From: Acidobacteriota bacterium
Lineage (GTDB): Bacteria > Acidobacteriota > UBA6911 > RPQK01 > JADFOI01
Direction: 5' to 3'
Assembly (NCBI GenBank): GCA_963663035.1
Contig: OY760074.1
Span: forward strand, 2,109,570 to 2,173,569
DNA: 64,000 bases
The notes below the pieces were generated by a model that was given only the letters and a program-made list of their open reading frames with translations, was not told where the DNA came from and ran no database searches. Both the position numbers and the translations under genes were made by a program. Below, piece by piece: positions 16,752 to 25,394 of this stretch (positions are counted from its first letter, which is position 1; each line of letters opens with the position of its first letter).

Positions 16752-16778
16752 ATTACGTGGAGGGATGCCTTTGTTTCA
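16752..16778 (-). promoter_or_regulatory. ECF-type promoter candidate (TGAAAC-N15-CGTAAT) directly upstream of the sigma gene
   Basis: On the minus strand, TGAAAC is at 16778-16773 and CGTAAT at 16757-16752. The spacer is 1 nt shorter than classic ECF promoters. The -10 ends 12 nt before the ATG. Confidence 0.35.
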
Positions 16779-16781
16779 CTT

Positions 16782-17696
16782 TCAATCTTCCCTGCGACTG
16801 ATTGTAGTCAGCATTCCATATCTTCCACTGAGCTTCTCCACCAACGGAAAGACCATCAGCAGAGGCTTCAAGATATAGTAAGGCAGACGGCTGCCAAAGT
16901 GTGCTTCCGACCAGTTGATCAAGCTGTACTTTAAACAGTGGAAATTCACCCTGGGTGAGAAAAACACGTGCTTGTAGACTGTCAGGTCTCTCTCCTTCAG
17001 GAGTATTTCCAGGGGGCCAGGAGCAAAATGGTACAAATGTCTGGGCACATCATCGAAAGCATACCAATGACGCTGAAACAAACGGGCCTGCAAGCTGTCG
17101 AAATTGGGCAGGGAAATAAAAAGCCACCCTCCAGGGCGAAGCAGTTGATGGACTCGCTTGAGCACCTCTCGGGATCGAGGCAAATGCTCCAGGACGTGCC
17201 AGAAGGTGATGACATCAAATGAGCCTTCGCGGAGCTGATGAGAGAAGATATCCCCTTCGATAAAACTGATATCCCGGATCTTCCCCCTCACAAGCTGAAC
17301 CGTTTGCTCAGCAAACTCCACTCCTGATCTGTCCCATTTCCGAGAGTCAAGTGCCCACAGAAATTTTCCATCTCCGCATCCGACATCCAGGATCCGTCCT
17401 CTCCTAACATACCGTTCCACGAGATCCCGTTTTTCTGTCTCCCCCCGCCAGGAACGGCTTTTCTGAAGTTTCCCTGACAGAAAGGCTTCAATGGTGTGAA
17501 CCGTGTCTCCGTGATAGGTGGGCGGATAGTGATGCTTGATTTCATCCTCACTCAGTGAGGGCGTAGTCCAGCCAAACCCGCAACTTTGGCAGCGCTGGAT
17601 CTCCCAAAGCTCTTCAGTCCGCTTGAGAACACGGTCAAAGACGGTCGCAAAAGGCTTCCCATGCTGACAGAGACAAACCGGACAGTGCGCCGTCAA
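16782..17696 (-). CDS. class I SAM-dependent methyltransferase with N-terminal Cys-rich zinc-ribbon-like segment
   Basis: Motif I ILDVGCGDG, DVITFWHVLEHL and LRPGGWLF. N-terminal CPVCLC...CQSCG. Confidence 0.8.
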   Translation of the reverse strand: MTAHCPVCLCQHGKPFATVFDRVLKRTEELWEIQRCQSCGFGWTTPSLSEDEIKHHYPPTYHGDTVHTIEAFLSGKLQKSRSWRGETEKRDLVERYVRRGRILDVGCGDGKFLWALDSRKWDRSGVEFAEQTVQLVRGKIRDISFIEGDIFSHQLREGSFDVITFWHVLEHLPRSREVLKRVHQLLRPGGWLFISLPNFDSLQARLFQRHWYAFDDVPRHLYHFAPGPLEILLKERDLTVYKHVFFSPRVNFHCLKYSLINWSEAHFGSRLPYYILKPLLMVFPLVEKLSGRYGMLTTISRRED

Positions 17697-17790
17697 CTCA
17701 CATGCCTCCTCATGTCGTGCTCAGTGCTTTGGTTTGCTCCTTGCACTTTCAACTTTCGCGTTTTGCTTTTCCTGTGTATCATTTTTCCCC

Positions 17791-18867
17791 ATGCAAGAAC
17801 ACAAATCAGTGGGCATTTCCTTACTGATTCTCTTTCTGGTCGTTCTCTATTTTGTCTTCCGGATCTTTCAACCTTTTCTCCTGCCCATTAGTCTGGCTAT
17901 CGTCCTGGCCACCTTGTGTTACCCAGTCTTTAGTTGGACGTGTCGAAAACTGAGGAATCAGCGCAGCTGGGCGGCTTTACTCACCTGTATCTGGGTGACG
18001 GCCAGCATTATCATTCCCTTCGTCGTCCTGTTAATACTCGTGACGGGAGAAGTAACCGACGTCTACCAGCAGTTTCAGCGTAAATTGGAAAGCGGTGACT
18101 GGCAAGTTTTTCTTACTCTGCAGGACAATCCCTATCTCAGACCACTTATAGACTGGACACGCCAAAATATCGATTTGGGAGACTTAGACCTTATCGGCAG
18201 TTTGGGTGCTGCTCTTCAGCAGGTGAGTCTGTTTTTCCTGCGCCAAAGCACCACCATCCTGTCCGGTCTCTTCCACGTCATAGTGGATTTCCTGATCATG
18301 CTCGTCTGCATGTTCTTTCTCTTCCGAGATGGGGACCGTCTGATGGAGTTGCTGAAGACCTGGATCCCACTCTCGGAACACTTTAACCAAGTGATTTTCA
18401 AAAAATTCCAGGAGGTCGCCGGTGCCACCGTCATCGGGACCTTGCTGACGGCGTTGGCTCAGGGCGTTGCCGGGGGTCTGCTGTACTGGCTCCTGGGGAT
18501 CCCAAATGCACTCTTGTGGGGATGTTTAACTGCCCTGTTCTCCTTGCTTCCTGTCGTGGGCACAGGCATCGTCTGGGTTCCCTGGGCAATTTTCTTCTTC
18601 CTGAGCGGATCTTGGATTCGGGGAATTATCCTGGTGGCTGGAGGCCTGGCTGTGGGAATGCTCGACAACGTCTTAAAGGCCATTCTCATCGAAGGAAAAG
18701 CCGAGATGCACACCCTGATCGTGTTTTTAGCTATCATGGGCGGAATCGGATATTTCGGGATCGTTGGCATGATCTTCGGGCCCATCATTGTGGCGCTGGC
18801 TCTGACGTTTTTGGAATTGTACAAGATGGAGTTTCAACAGGAAGTGGCCGGGCCGGAAGAAGAATGA
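17791..18867 (+). CDS. AI-2E family transporter (PerM/YhhT, UPF0118), paralog 1
   Basis: Polytopic membrane protein. Conserved C-terminal block LFSLLPVVGTGIVWVPWAIFFF ... MLDNVLKAILIEGKAEMHTLIVFLAIMGG. ATG at 17791. Confidence 0.85.
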   Translation: MQEHKSVGISLLILFLVVLYFVFRIFQPFLLPISLAIVLATLCYPVFSWTCRKLRNQRSWAALLTCIWVTASIIIPFVVLLILVTGEVTDVYQQFQRKLESGDWQVFLTLQDNPYLRPLIDWTRQNIDLGDLDLIGSLGAALQQVSLFFLRQSTTILSGLFHVIVDFLIMLVCMFFLFRDGDRLMELLKTWIPLSEHFNQVIFKKFQEVAGATVIGTLLTALAQGVAGGLLYWLLGIPNALLWGCLTALFSLLPVVGTGIVWVPWAIFFFLSGSWIRGIILVAGGLAVGMLDNVLKAILIEGKAEMHTLIVFLAIMGGIGYFGIVGMIFGPIIVALALTFLELYKMEFQQEVAGPEEE

Positions 18868-19892
18868 CCTTATATCAACGCTGGATTCACGGCCTAGAGC
18901 ACAAACTGACCCTTCGCGATCCGCACCGCAGAATTTTCCCCTTTGACTGGGGCTTGGAGTGGGTCGGAAACAGTCACAATCCCGGTGAGACAGATCCGCT
19001 GACCTATCTGAAAGGGTACGCTCAGGAAGCCTTAGGTGACAGCGCTGCTTTTTTCAACCCGCCCCCACTTCAGAAGTATGTCATCGAGAATGATGTGTTG
19101 ACAATGGCCACGCCCACGCCTTCACCCCATCCGGAAAACAATACGGTCTATGGTCGCTTGTTTAGAGCTCGCGGATCCGAAGCAGCGGTGATCGTTGTTC
19201 CTCAGTGGAACGCCGACCCCCAAAGTCATGTACGGCTTTGCCAAGTCTTTAAACGCTTTGGCATCACAGCCATCCGGCTCTGCCTGCCCTACCATGAACG
19301 GCGCCTGCCCGCCCAGATGCAGCGAGCCGACTACATGGTGAGCCCCAATATTGGTCGAACCCTACATGCAAACCGTCAAGCAGTTTTAGAAGTTCGCCAG
19401 TTGGCAGCCTGGCTCAGGGAACAAGGCTATAAGCAGGTAGCGGTAATGGGCACAAGTGTCGGATCGTGTGTGTCCTACCTGGCCTTCGTTCATGACCCGT
19501 CGATTTGCACCGGAGTGTTTAACCATATCTCGTCCCACTTTGCCGATGTGATCTGGACCGGCCTTTCCACTCGATACATCCGCTGGGGTCTGGAAGGCAA
19601 CATCTCCCTGGCTGATTTACGTGAGTGCTGGGCCCCGATTAGTCCCTGGTTTTTCATTGATCGTCTGAAAAAGTGCTCTCGTCCTCATCTTCTCATCACC
19701 GCCAAGTATGATCTCACCTTCAGGCCCGAACTCACTGAAAAAGTATTGCATCAATACCAGACTCATGACATTCCCTACCAGAAGGTTGTACTGCCCTGCG
19801 GTCACTACACCACAGCCAGGTTTCCTTTCAAATATCTGGATGGTTGGCATATGTGTCGGTATCTGATCCGCCAGCTTTCCCCTGATAGTTGA
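18864..19892 (+). CDS. alpha/beta hydrolase fold protein
   Basis: Nucleophile elbow GTSVGS. ATG at 18864 overlaps the transporter stop (ATGA). The track ORF from 18516 is an out-of-frame overlap artefact. Confidence 0.65.
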   Translation: MTLYQRWIHGLEHKLTLRDPHRRIFPFDWGLEWVGNSHNPGETDPLTYLKGYAQEALGDSAAFFNPPPLQKYVIENDVLTMATPTPSPHPENNTVYGRLFRARGSEAAVIVVPQWNADPQSHVRLCQVFKRFGITAIRLCLPYHERRLPAQMQRADYMVSPNIGRTLHANRQAVLEVRQLAAWLREQGYKQVAVMGTSVGSCVSYLAFVHDPSICTGVFNHISSHFADVIWTGLSTRYIRWGLEGNISLADLRECWAPISPWFFIDRLKKCSRPHLLITAKYDLTFRPELTEKVLHQYQTHDIPYQKVVLPCGHYTTARFPFKYLDGWHMCRYLIRQLSPDS

Positions 19893-19899
19893 AGAAACC

Positions 19900-20454
19900 A
19901 TGCTCAAGAACATTCTCCTGACCGGCCATCCGGGTGTCGGCAAAACGACTTTGTTAAAGACAATCATCCAACGATGTTCCCACCTGGCACTAACCGGTTT
20001 CTACACCGAAGAGATTCGGGAAGGAGGTTTCCGGGTAGGTTTTAGAGCCGTTGCAATGAACGGAAGCTCTTGCGTTTTCGCTCATCGCACCTTTCAAACC
20101 AGCGCAGACCACCGTTTTGGGAAGTATGGGGTCAGACCTGAGATACTGGAGAGGCTGGCCCTTCCTCATCTGTCCCCCTACCGCAAGGCTGCTGATCTGG
20201 TGGTGGTCGATGAAATAGCCAAAATGGAATTGCTTTCCATGCCGATCCGAGAAGGTCTGCTTCAAGCCTTGGACTCGGATTGCCCGCTACTGGGTACGAT
20301 CTCCCTGAAGGGCACCGGTGTTATCAAACGAGTGAAGGAGAGAGAAGACGTGGAGCTCTTCAAACTCACCCCCCAGAATCGGGACGTTTTAGGAGAACAA
20401 GTGTACCGACAGCTGGAGAAAGTGCTAAAGCAGCACAGCCGGAAGACCGGCTGA
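19900..20454 (+). CDS. THEP1/NTPase_1-type nucleoside-triphosphatase
   Basis: 184 aa. Walker A GHPGVGKTT, Walker B LVVVDEIAKME. Size and layout are typical of PF03266. Confidence 0.75.
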   Translation: MLKNILLTGHPGVGKTTLLKTIIQRCSHLALTGFYTEEIREGGFRVGFRAVAMNGSSCVFAHRTFQTSADHRFGKYGVRPEILERLALPHLSPYRKAADLVVVDEIAKMELLSMPIREGLLQALDSDCPLLGTISLKGTGVIKRVKEREDVELFKLTPQNRDVLGEQVYRQLEKVLKQHSRKTG

Positions 20455-20485
20455 CAACTGACGACTAACCGCTGACCGCTGACCA
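20451..20485 (+). repeat. five tandem CTGACNN heptamers starting at the NTPase stop codon
   Basis: CTGACAA CTGACGA CTAACCG CTGACCG CTGACCA. This gives TGA/TAA in all three forward frames within 17 nt. Confidence 0.85.
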
Positions 20486-20530
20486 GCCTGGAATCCACTT
20501 TTGGCCTTCCCCTCCCCTATCGGTTATCAT

Positions 20531-21346
20531 ATGCCGGTTATGAAGTATCCCTTAGAAGACCAGTGGGCTCTGATACTGGGTGCTTCCAGTGGGTTTGGTG
20601 CGGCAACTGCCATAGAACTGGCCCGCGCCGGAATGGACATCTTCGGCGTGCATCTGGATCGCAAGGCTACCCTCCACAAGGTGGAGGAAATCCGTCAAGA
20701 GATCGAGGCCACAGGAAGAAGGAGCGTCTTCTTCAATATCAACGCAGCGGACGTTGACAAGCGCGAGGCAGCTCTGGATCAAATGCAAGATAACGTCAGC
20801 GAGAAAGGGAGTCACATCACAGTTCGGGTTTTTCTGCACTCGCTAGCCTTTGGAAGTCTGGGCCGTTATTTTCCGACTAATTCTGGGAAACCGATCACCC
20901 CTGGTCAGATGAATATGACCGTGGATGTTATGGCTCACTCGCTGGTTTACTGGGTGCAGGGTTTAATGACTCGAGAAATGCTTACCGAGGGCTCGAAAAT
21001 CTATGCCATGACCAGCTCGGGCGGCCACACGGTTTGGCCCGAATATGGCCCGGTCTCAGCCGCCAAAGCCGCCCTGGAATCACACATTCGCCAGATCGCA
21101 CTGGAATTGGCACCTCAGGGCATCACCGCTAACGCCGTGCAGGCAGGTGTGACCGATACTCCGGCGCTGCGCAAGATTCCCGGGCATGAAGAAATCATGA
21201 AGACTGCGACCCGCTGCAATCCCAGCGGCCGATTGACCACCCCAGAAGATGTGGGGCAGGCGATCGTTGCAATGAGTCACCCTTATACTCACTGGATGAC
21301 CGGCACTGTGATTCGAGTGGATGGGGGAGAAGACATCGCTGGATAA
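20531..21346 (+). CDS. SDR-family oxidoreductase, enoyl-ACP reductase-like (FabL-like Y-x6-K spacing)
   Basis: GASSGFG dinucleotide motif. The YGPVSAAK active-site spacing is Y-x6-K rather than the classical YxxxK. C-terminal TGTVIRVDGG. Confidence 0.6.
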   Translation: MPVMKYPLEDQWALILGASSGFGAATAIELARAGMDIFGVHLDRKATLHKVEEIRQEIEATGRRSVFFNINAADVDKREAALDQMQDNVSEKGSHITVRVFLHSLAFGSLGRYFPTNSGKPITPGQMNMTVDVMAHSLVYWVQGLMTREMLTEGSKIYAMTSSGGHTVWPEYGPVSAAKAALESHIRQIALELAPQGITANAVQAGVTDTPALRKIPGHEEIMKTATRCNPSGRLTTPEDVGQAIVAMSHPYTHWMTGTVIRVDGGEDIAG

Positions 21347-21466
21347 CAACGGCGCCTCACCAAGGAGAGTCTCCGCCTCTTTTGACCTTTCAGCTCGGTA
21401 AAGCCTGGGGAGACTGTCCGCTAGAAAACTGCAAAACCTGCCCGTGGCTGGCAAGGAAAGTGTCTG

Positions 21467-22729
21467 ATGCTGAAAATACCTCCGATTGAGATTGAAGAAC
21501 ACAAATTGGAGAACGGACTGCAGGTTTTGCTGCATCGGGACACCCGAGTTCCGCTGGTTCACCTGAGCATTCACTATCGAGTGGGATCGAGCTACGAGAA
21601 GCCAGGTCTCTCCGGATTCGCCCATCTCTTTGAGCATATGATGTTTCAAGGCTCCGAAAATGTGGCCAAGAACGAGCACGGGAACTATATCGACAATGCT
21701 GGAGGTCGTTGGAATGCCACCACCGGTAAGGATCGGACCAACTACTATGAGACGGTGCCGTCTCAGTATCTGGAGTTGGCTTTGTGGCTGGAGTCCGACC
21801 GGATGAGGTCCTTAAAGGTCACTCAAGAGAGCTTCGAGAATCAACGTCAAACGGTCATCGAAGAGAAAAAGCAAAGTTATGACAATCGGCCCTATGGGCT
21901 GGCGACTTTGAGATTTGAGCAACTGGCTTACCAGAACTGGGCCTATGCCCATCCCATCATCGGCGCAGTGGAGGATCTCCAGAACTCCACCCTGGAAGAC
22001 GCTGCCAAGTTCCATCAGACCTACTACGGCCCAGGCAATGCGACGTTAGTCCTTTCTGGAGATACGGGTGACGGGGCTGCCCTCAAGAAGGTCCAACAGT
22101 ACTTTGGAGCAATCTGCGACAGGACCCATCCCGAGGTTCCCGACCTGGCGGAGCCGGAGCAAACTGCCGAGAAAGTCGACAAGATGAAGGATCCGCTGGC
22201 AGTCTTGCCGGCGGCTTATGCCGGCTATCACATGCCGGCACTGGGTTCACCGGAGTTCTATGCCATGTCTGTGCTTGGATTTGTCCTCTCCCACGGAGAG
22301 TCCTCGCGTCTTTATCGGAAACTGATCTACCACAACAACTGGGTGAGCGGTCTCTCGGTGGGACCGAACCAATATAAAGGACCACAGCTTTTCTTTATCT
22401 GGTTTCAGGTCCAGAGCGCCGTCAATGTCGATGAGGTCTTGCAGGCCATGGACCAGGAGTTGGAGGCTATTCGGGAAAAAAAGATCCCTGTTGCGGAGAT
22501 AGAGAAGGCTAAAACTCAGATCACGTTCCACTTTGTGGCACAAATGGCCAAGGTGGCCCGAATCGGAGAGCTCCTGGCTCACTACGCTCTTTTCTTCGGG
22601 GATCCCCACAGGATCAACCAGGAACTGGATCGTTACCTGGCGGTCACCCAAGACGATATTCTTCAAGCCGCCCAGCAGGTGTTCCGCCCCCAGAACCGAA
22701 CCTTGATCCTGGTCGAACCTGGAACTTGA
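21467..22729 (+). CDS. M16 family zinc peptidase (pitrilysin-like, active subunit)
   Basis: Inverted zinc motif HLFEHMMFQGS (HxxEH) followed by a downstream Glu region. Confidence 0.85.
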   Translation: MLKIPPIEIEEHKLENGLQVLLHRDTRVPLVHLSIHYRVGSSYEKPGLSGFAHLFEHMMFQGSENVAKNEHGNYIDNAGGRWNATTGKDRTNYYETVPSQYLELALWLESDRMRSLKVTQESFENQRQTVIEEKKQSYDNRPYGLATLRFEQLAYQNWAYAHPIIGAVEDLQNSTLEDAAKFHQTYYGPGNATLVLSGDTGDGAALKKVQQYFGAICDRTHPEVPDLAEPEQTAEKVDKMKDPLAVLPAAYAGYHMPALGSPEFYAMSVLGFVLSHGESSRLYRKLIYHNNWVSGLSVGPNQYKGPQLFFIWFQVQSAVNVDEVLQAMDQELEAIREKKIPVAEIEKAKTQITFHFVAQMAKVARIGELLAHYALFFGDPHRINQELDRYLAVTQDDILQAAQQVFRPQNRTLILVEPGT

Positions 22730-22732
22730 AAC

Positions 22733-24076
22733 ATGAAAGCCCCTGCGCCCGGTATTGAGAAAAACATTTCCTATCCGGAGATCCCTGACCAGCAGCTCGC
22801 CAACGGACTTCGAGTTCTGGTGGTCCAGGATGATCGTCTGCCCCAACTCTTTTTGACGCTGGTCTTTCCAGGAGGGCGGGTTTACAACCCCGACGAAAAT
22901 CTGGCCCTGGTTTCGCTGGCGGCAGAGTCGATCAAGAGTGGAACTCAATCCCGCTCTGCCCGTGACATTTCCGATCTCCTCGATCGGAGGGCCATAGAAT
23001 ACGACAGTGAGGTCCTCATGGAGCACAGTTCCGTCTCCATGACCTTTATGGAGAACCAGCTGGATCCTGCACTGGAACTTCTCGGGGATATGGTTTCCAA
23101 CGCCAGTTTTCCCGAGGATGAGTTAAAGAAACTCAAGGTGCGGTGGAAAAGCCACCTGATTGCTCAGCGCTCGCAACCGGGCTTCCTGGCCAACGAATGC
23201 GTCTTCAAGACTGTTTATGCGAACCATCCCTATTCCAAGGTCAGCATGACACCCGAGCACCTGGAAAAGGCGAACCGAGAATCGGTCCAGGCTACCTATC
23301 GACATCATTGGGTTCCACAAAACGCTCATCTTCTATTGGCTGGTCCAGTCAATGGGAAGCAGGCCCGCGAACTGGGGAAACGTTTCCTGGGAACCTGGGG
23401 AAACGGAGAGGCACCTTCTATCTCCTATCCACGGCCGGCCGACTTGGAGGGCCGCGTCGTCTGCTTGGTTCACCGTCCCCATTCCGCCCAGTCTCAGATC
23501 CTGGTGGCGGGACGAACACTCCCCAAGGGAGACCCCGATGCCATTGCTCTCAAAGTCGCCAACCAGGTGCTGGGTGGCGGGGGAAGTGCTCGCCTGTTCC
23601 TCAACTTGCGTGAAGAAAAAGGCTACACCTATGGTGCCTTCAGTCAACTGAAGAGCTATCGTCACGATGGACTCTTTCTGGCCGGAGCAAGCGTCAAGAC
23701 GGAAGTCACCCGAGAGTCCATCGAAGAGATTCTGAAGGAGTTGGAACTCCTGCGTGAGCAGCCCCCTGACGAAAGAGAGCTGAAACGCAGTCAACAGGAA
23801 TTGATCGGAAGTTTTATTCGCCAGATGGAGACACCTGCTTCAATCGGTGTTCTGGAACTCGACCGCCGGATTCATCAGCTGCCGGATGATTTTTTTAGCA
23901 ATTTTATTCCTGCAGTTCGGGGAGTCACGGCTCAGAAAGTCCTGGAGATGGCACGAAGCTTTTTTGATCCAGAGCGACTGGTGGTTGTCGTAGTGGCCGA
24001 CCGTGAGCATGTGGAACATGAGCTCAAACAGGTGGGGGAGTTGCGTGTTTACGACACCAACGGCAATGTAATATAG
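22733..24076 (+). CDS. M16 family peptidase-like protein (no HxxEH; non-catalytic partner)
   Basis: Same fold pattern and length as the upstream gene, 3-nt spacing, and no HxxEH motif. Confidence 0.75.
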   Translation: MKAPAPGIEKNISYPEIPDQQLANGLRVLVVQDDRLPQLFLTLVFPGGRVYNPDENLALVSLAAESIKSGTQSRSARDISDLLDRRAIEYDSEVLMEHSSVSMTFMENQLDPALELLGDMVSNASFPEDELKKLKVRWKSHLIAQRSQPGFLANECVFKTVYANHPYSKVSMTPEHLEKANRESVQATYRHHWVPQNAHLLLAGPVNGKQARELGKRFLGTWGNGEAPSISYPRPADLEGRVVCLVHRPHSAQSQILVAGRTLPKGDPDAIALKVANQVLGGGGSARLFLNLREEKGYTYGAFSQLKSYRHDGLFLAGASVKTEVTRESIEEILKELELLREQPPDERELKRSQQELIGSFIRQMETPASIGVLELDRRIHQLPDDFFSNFIPAVRGVTAQKVLEMARSFFDPERLVVVVVADREHVEHELKQVGELRVYDTNGNVI

Positions 24077-24111
24077 TTCTGTTAGGAAGCGATCATCCAG
24101 GAGGATAGAGC

Positions 24112-24420
24112 GTGTCTTCAGAAGAACATTACAAGAAAGGGATGGAGCATTTTGCCGAGGATCAACTTGAACTGGCGATCGAGGAGCTGAACAAGGCCGT
24201 TGAAGCAGACCCCCAATTCGGAGACGCCCTACATGCTCTGACCATGTGCTACTACCATCACAAAGATCTGGATCAAGCTCTCAAATACGGCAAACAATTA
24301 CAGGCCCTGGAACCTTCCAACCCTCTCGCCTACACCAGCCTCTCCATGATCTATAACGCCAAGGGAATGATCCAGGAAGCAGAGGAAATGGGGGCCAAGG
24401 CCAGGACTGAAGAGCAGTGA
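24112..24420 (+). CDS. tetratricopeptide repeat protein
   Basis: 102 aa of TPR-like helices (AIEELNKAVEADPQFGDALHAL...). GTG start preceded by GGAGGA. Confidence 0.7.
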   Translation: MSSEEHYKKGMEHFAEDQLELAIEELNKAVEADPQFGDALHALTMCYYHHKDLDQALKYGKQLQALEPSNPLAYTSLSMIYNAKGMIQEAEEMGAKARTEEQ

Positions 24421-25271
24421 TGGCTGACAGGAAGAGTCGCAGAACAATCCTGAAAATGCTCGGATACATCGTTGTGGGCTCAGGTGTGACTGCTCTAGGA
24501 GTCTATAAGTACAGCACTCGAATCGAGACAGGATGGCTGCAAACTGAGAGAGTGACCATTCCGGTCAAACGTCTAGGATCCTCCTTCGAAGGATTTAAGA
24601 TAGTACTCTTGAGTGATTTTCATCTCTATCCCTATACCGAGATTGAACTGATAGAACGGGCAGTTAGCGCGGCAAATAGCCTAAAGCCTGACTTAACTTT
24701 GCTGGGTGGAGATTATGTGCTTGCCAGAGGTGACTCGATTTTTCAATTGGCCCCTGTTCTTGCCCAACTCAACGCGAAACATGGCGTATTTTCAGTCTTG
24801 GGAAATTACGATTACTGGAGAAACGAAAAAATCATTGGCCGGGGCCTGGAGGAGTCAGGCTTGCCTCTTCTCCGAAATTCCGGCCTCACCATCAGCATGG
24901 GTCGAGACAGAATGTTTCTGGCGGGCTTAGATGACGGATGGCAGCGCCGCCACGATCTCTCCCAGGCACTTGAAAAGCGCCCCGAGGGTGTGCCCACCAT
25001 CCTGCTCATGCATGAACCTGACTTTGCCGACACTTTCAGTGCTGATAACAGGATCTCCCTGCAGTTGTCCGGACACAGCCATGGTGGTCAGGTGCGATTC
25101 CCCGGCTATGGCGCTCCTGTATTGCCCCGCTATGGCAGAAAGTATGATCAGGGCCTCTATCGCGTTGGCAACATGTGGGTCTATACCACACGTGGAATTG
25201 GAGTCACCGACCCTCCCGTGCGTTTCAATTGTCGGCCTGAAGTGACAGAAATCACACTGACTCGAGCTTAG
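24417..25271 (+). CDS. metallophosphoesterase (calcineurin-like, YkuE type) with Tat-like signal
   Basis: SRRTILK twin-arginine motif plus a hydrophobic segment. Phosphoesterase motifs LSDFH, GGDY, LGNYDYW and GHSHGG. Confidence 0.8.
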   Translation: MMADRKSRRTILKMLGYIVVGSGVTALGVYKYSTRIETGWLQTERVTIPVKRLGSSFEGFKIVLLSDFHLYPYTEIELIERAVSAANSLKPDLTLLGGDYVLARGDSIFQLAPVLAQLNAKHGVFSVLGNYDYWRNEKIIGRGLEESGLPLLRNSGLTISMGRDRMFLAGLDDGWQRRHDLSQALEKRPEGVPTILLMHEPDFADTFSADNRISLQLSGHSHGGQVRFPGYGAPVLPRYGRKYDQGLYRVGNMWVYTTRGIGVTDPPVRFNCRPEVTEITLTRA

Positions 25272-25394
25272 TGCTCAAGGCTGGAGAGGGTGAAAGATAA
25301 ATCTCGACATCCAAGCTGGTCTGTCTGAAAACCCACTTTTTGAGAAGAGGACCCTGCTTCATGCTTGACAATATTATGCAGAGGCGTAGGCTAG

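Noticed and set aside
18516-18863. 5' extension of the alpha/beta hydrolase ORF (track start 18516)
   Set aside because: It overlaps the conserved C-terminal block of the AI-2E transporter in another frame. An ATG at 18864 forms a classic ATGA stop/start overlap.
20451-20485. Heptamer/pentamer arrays as miniature CRISPR-like or VNTR loci
   Set aside because: The units are 5-7 nt with no spacers, and no cas genes are present. They are reported as post-stop repeats instead.
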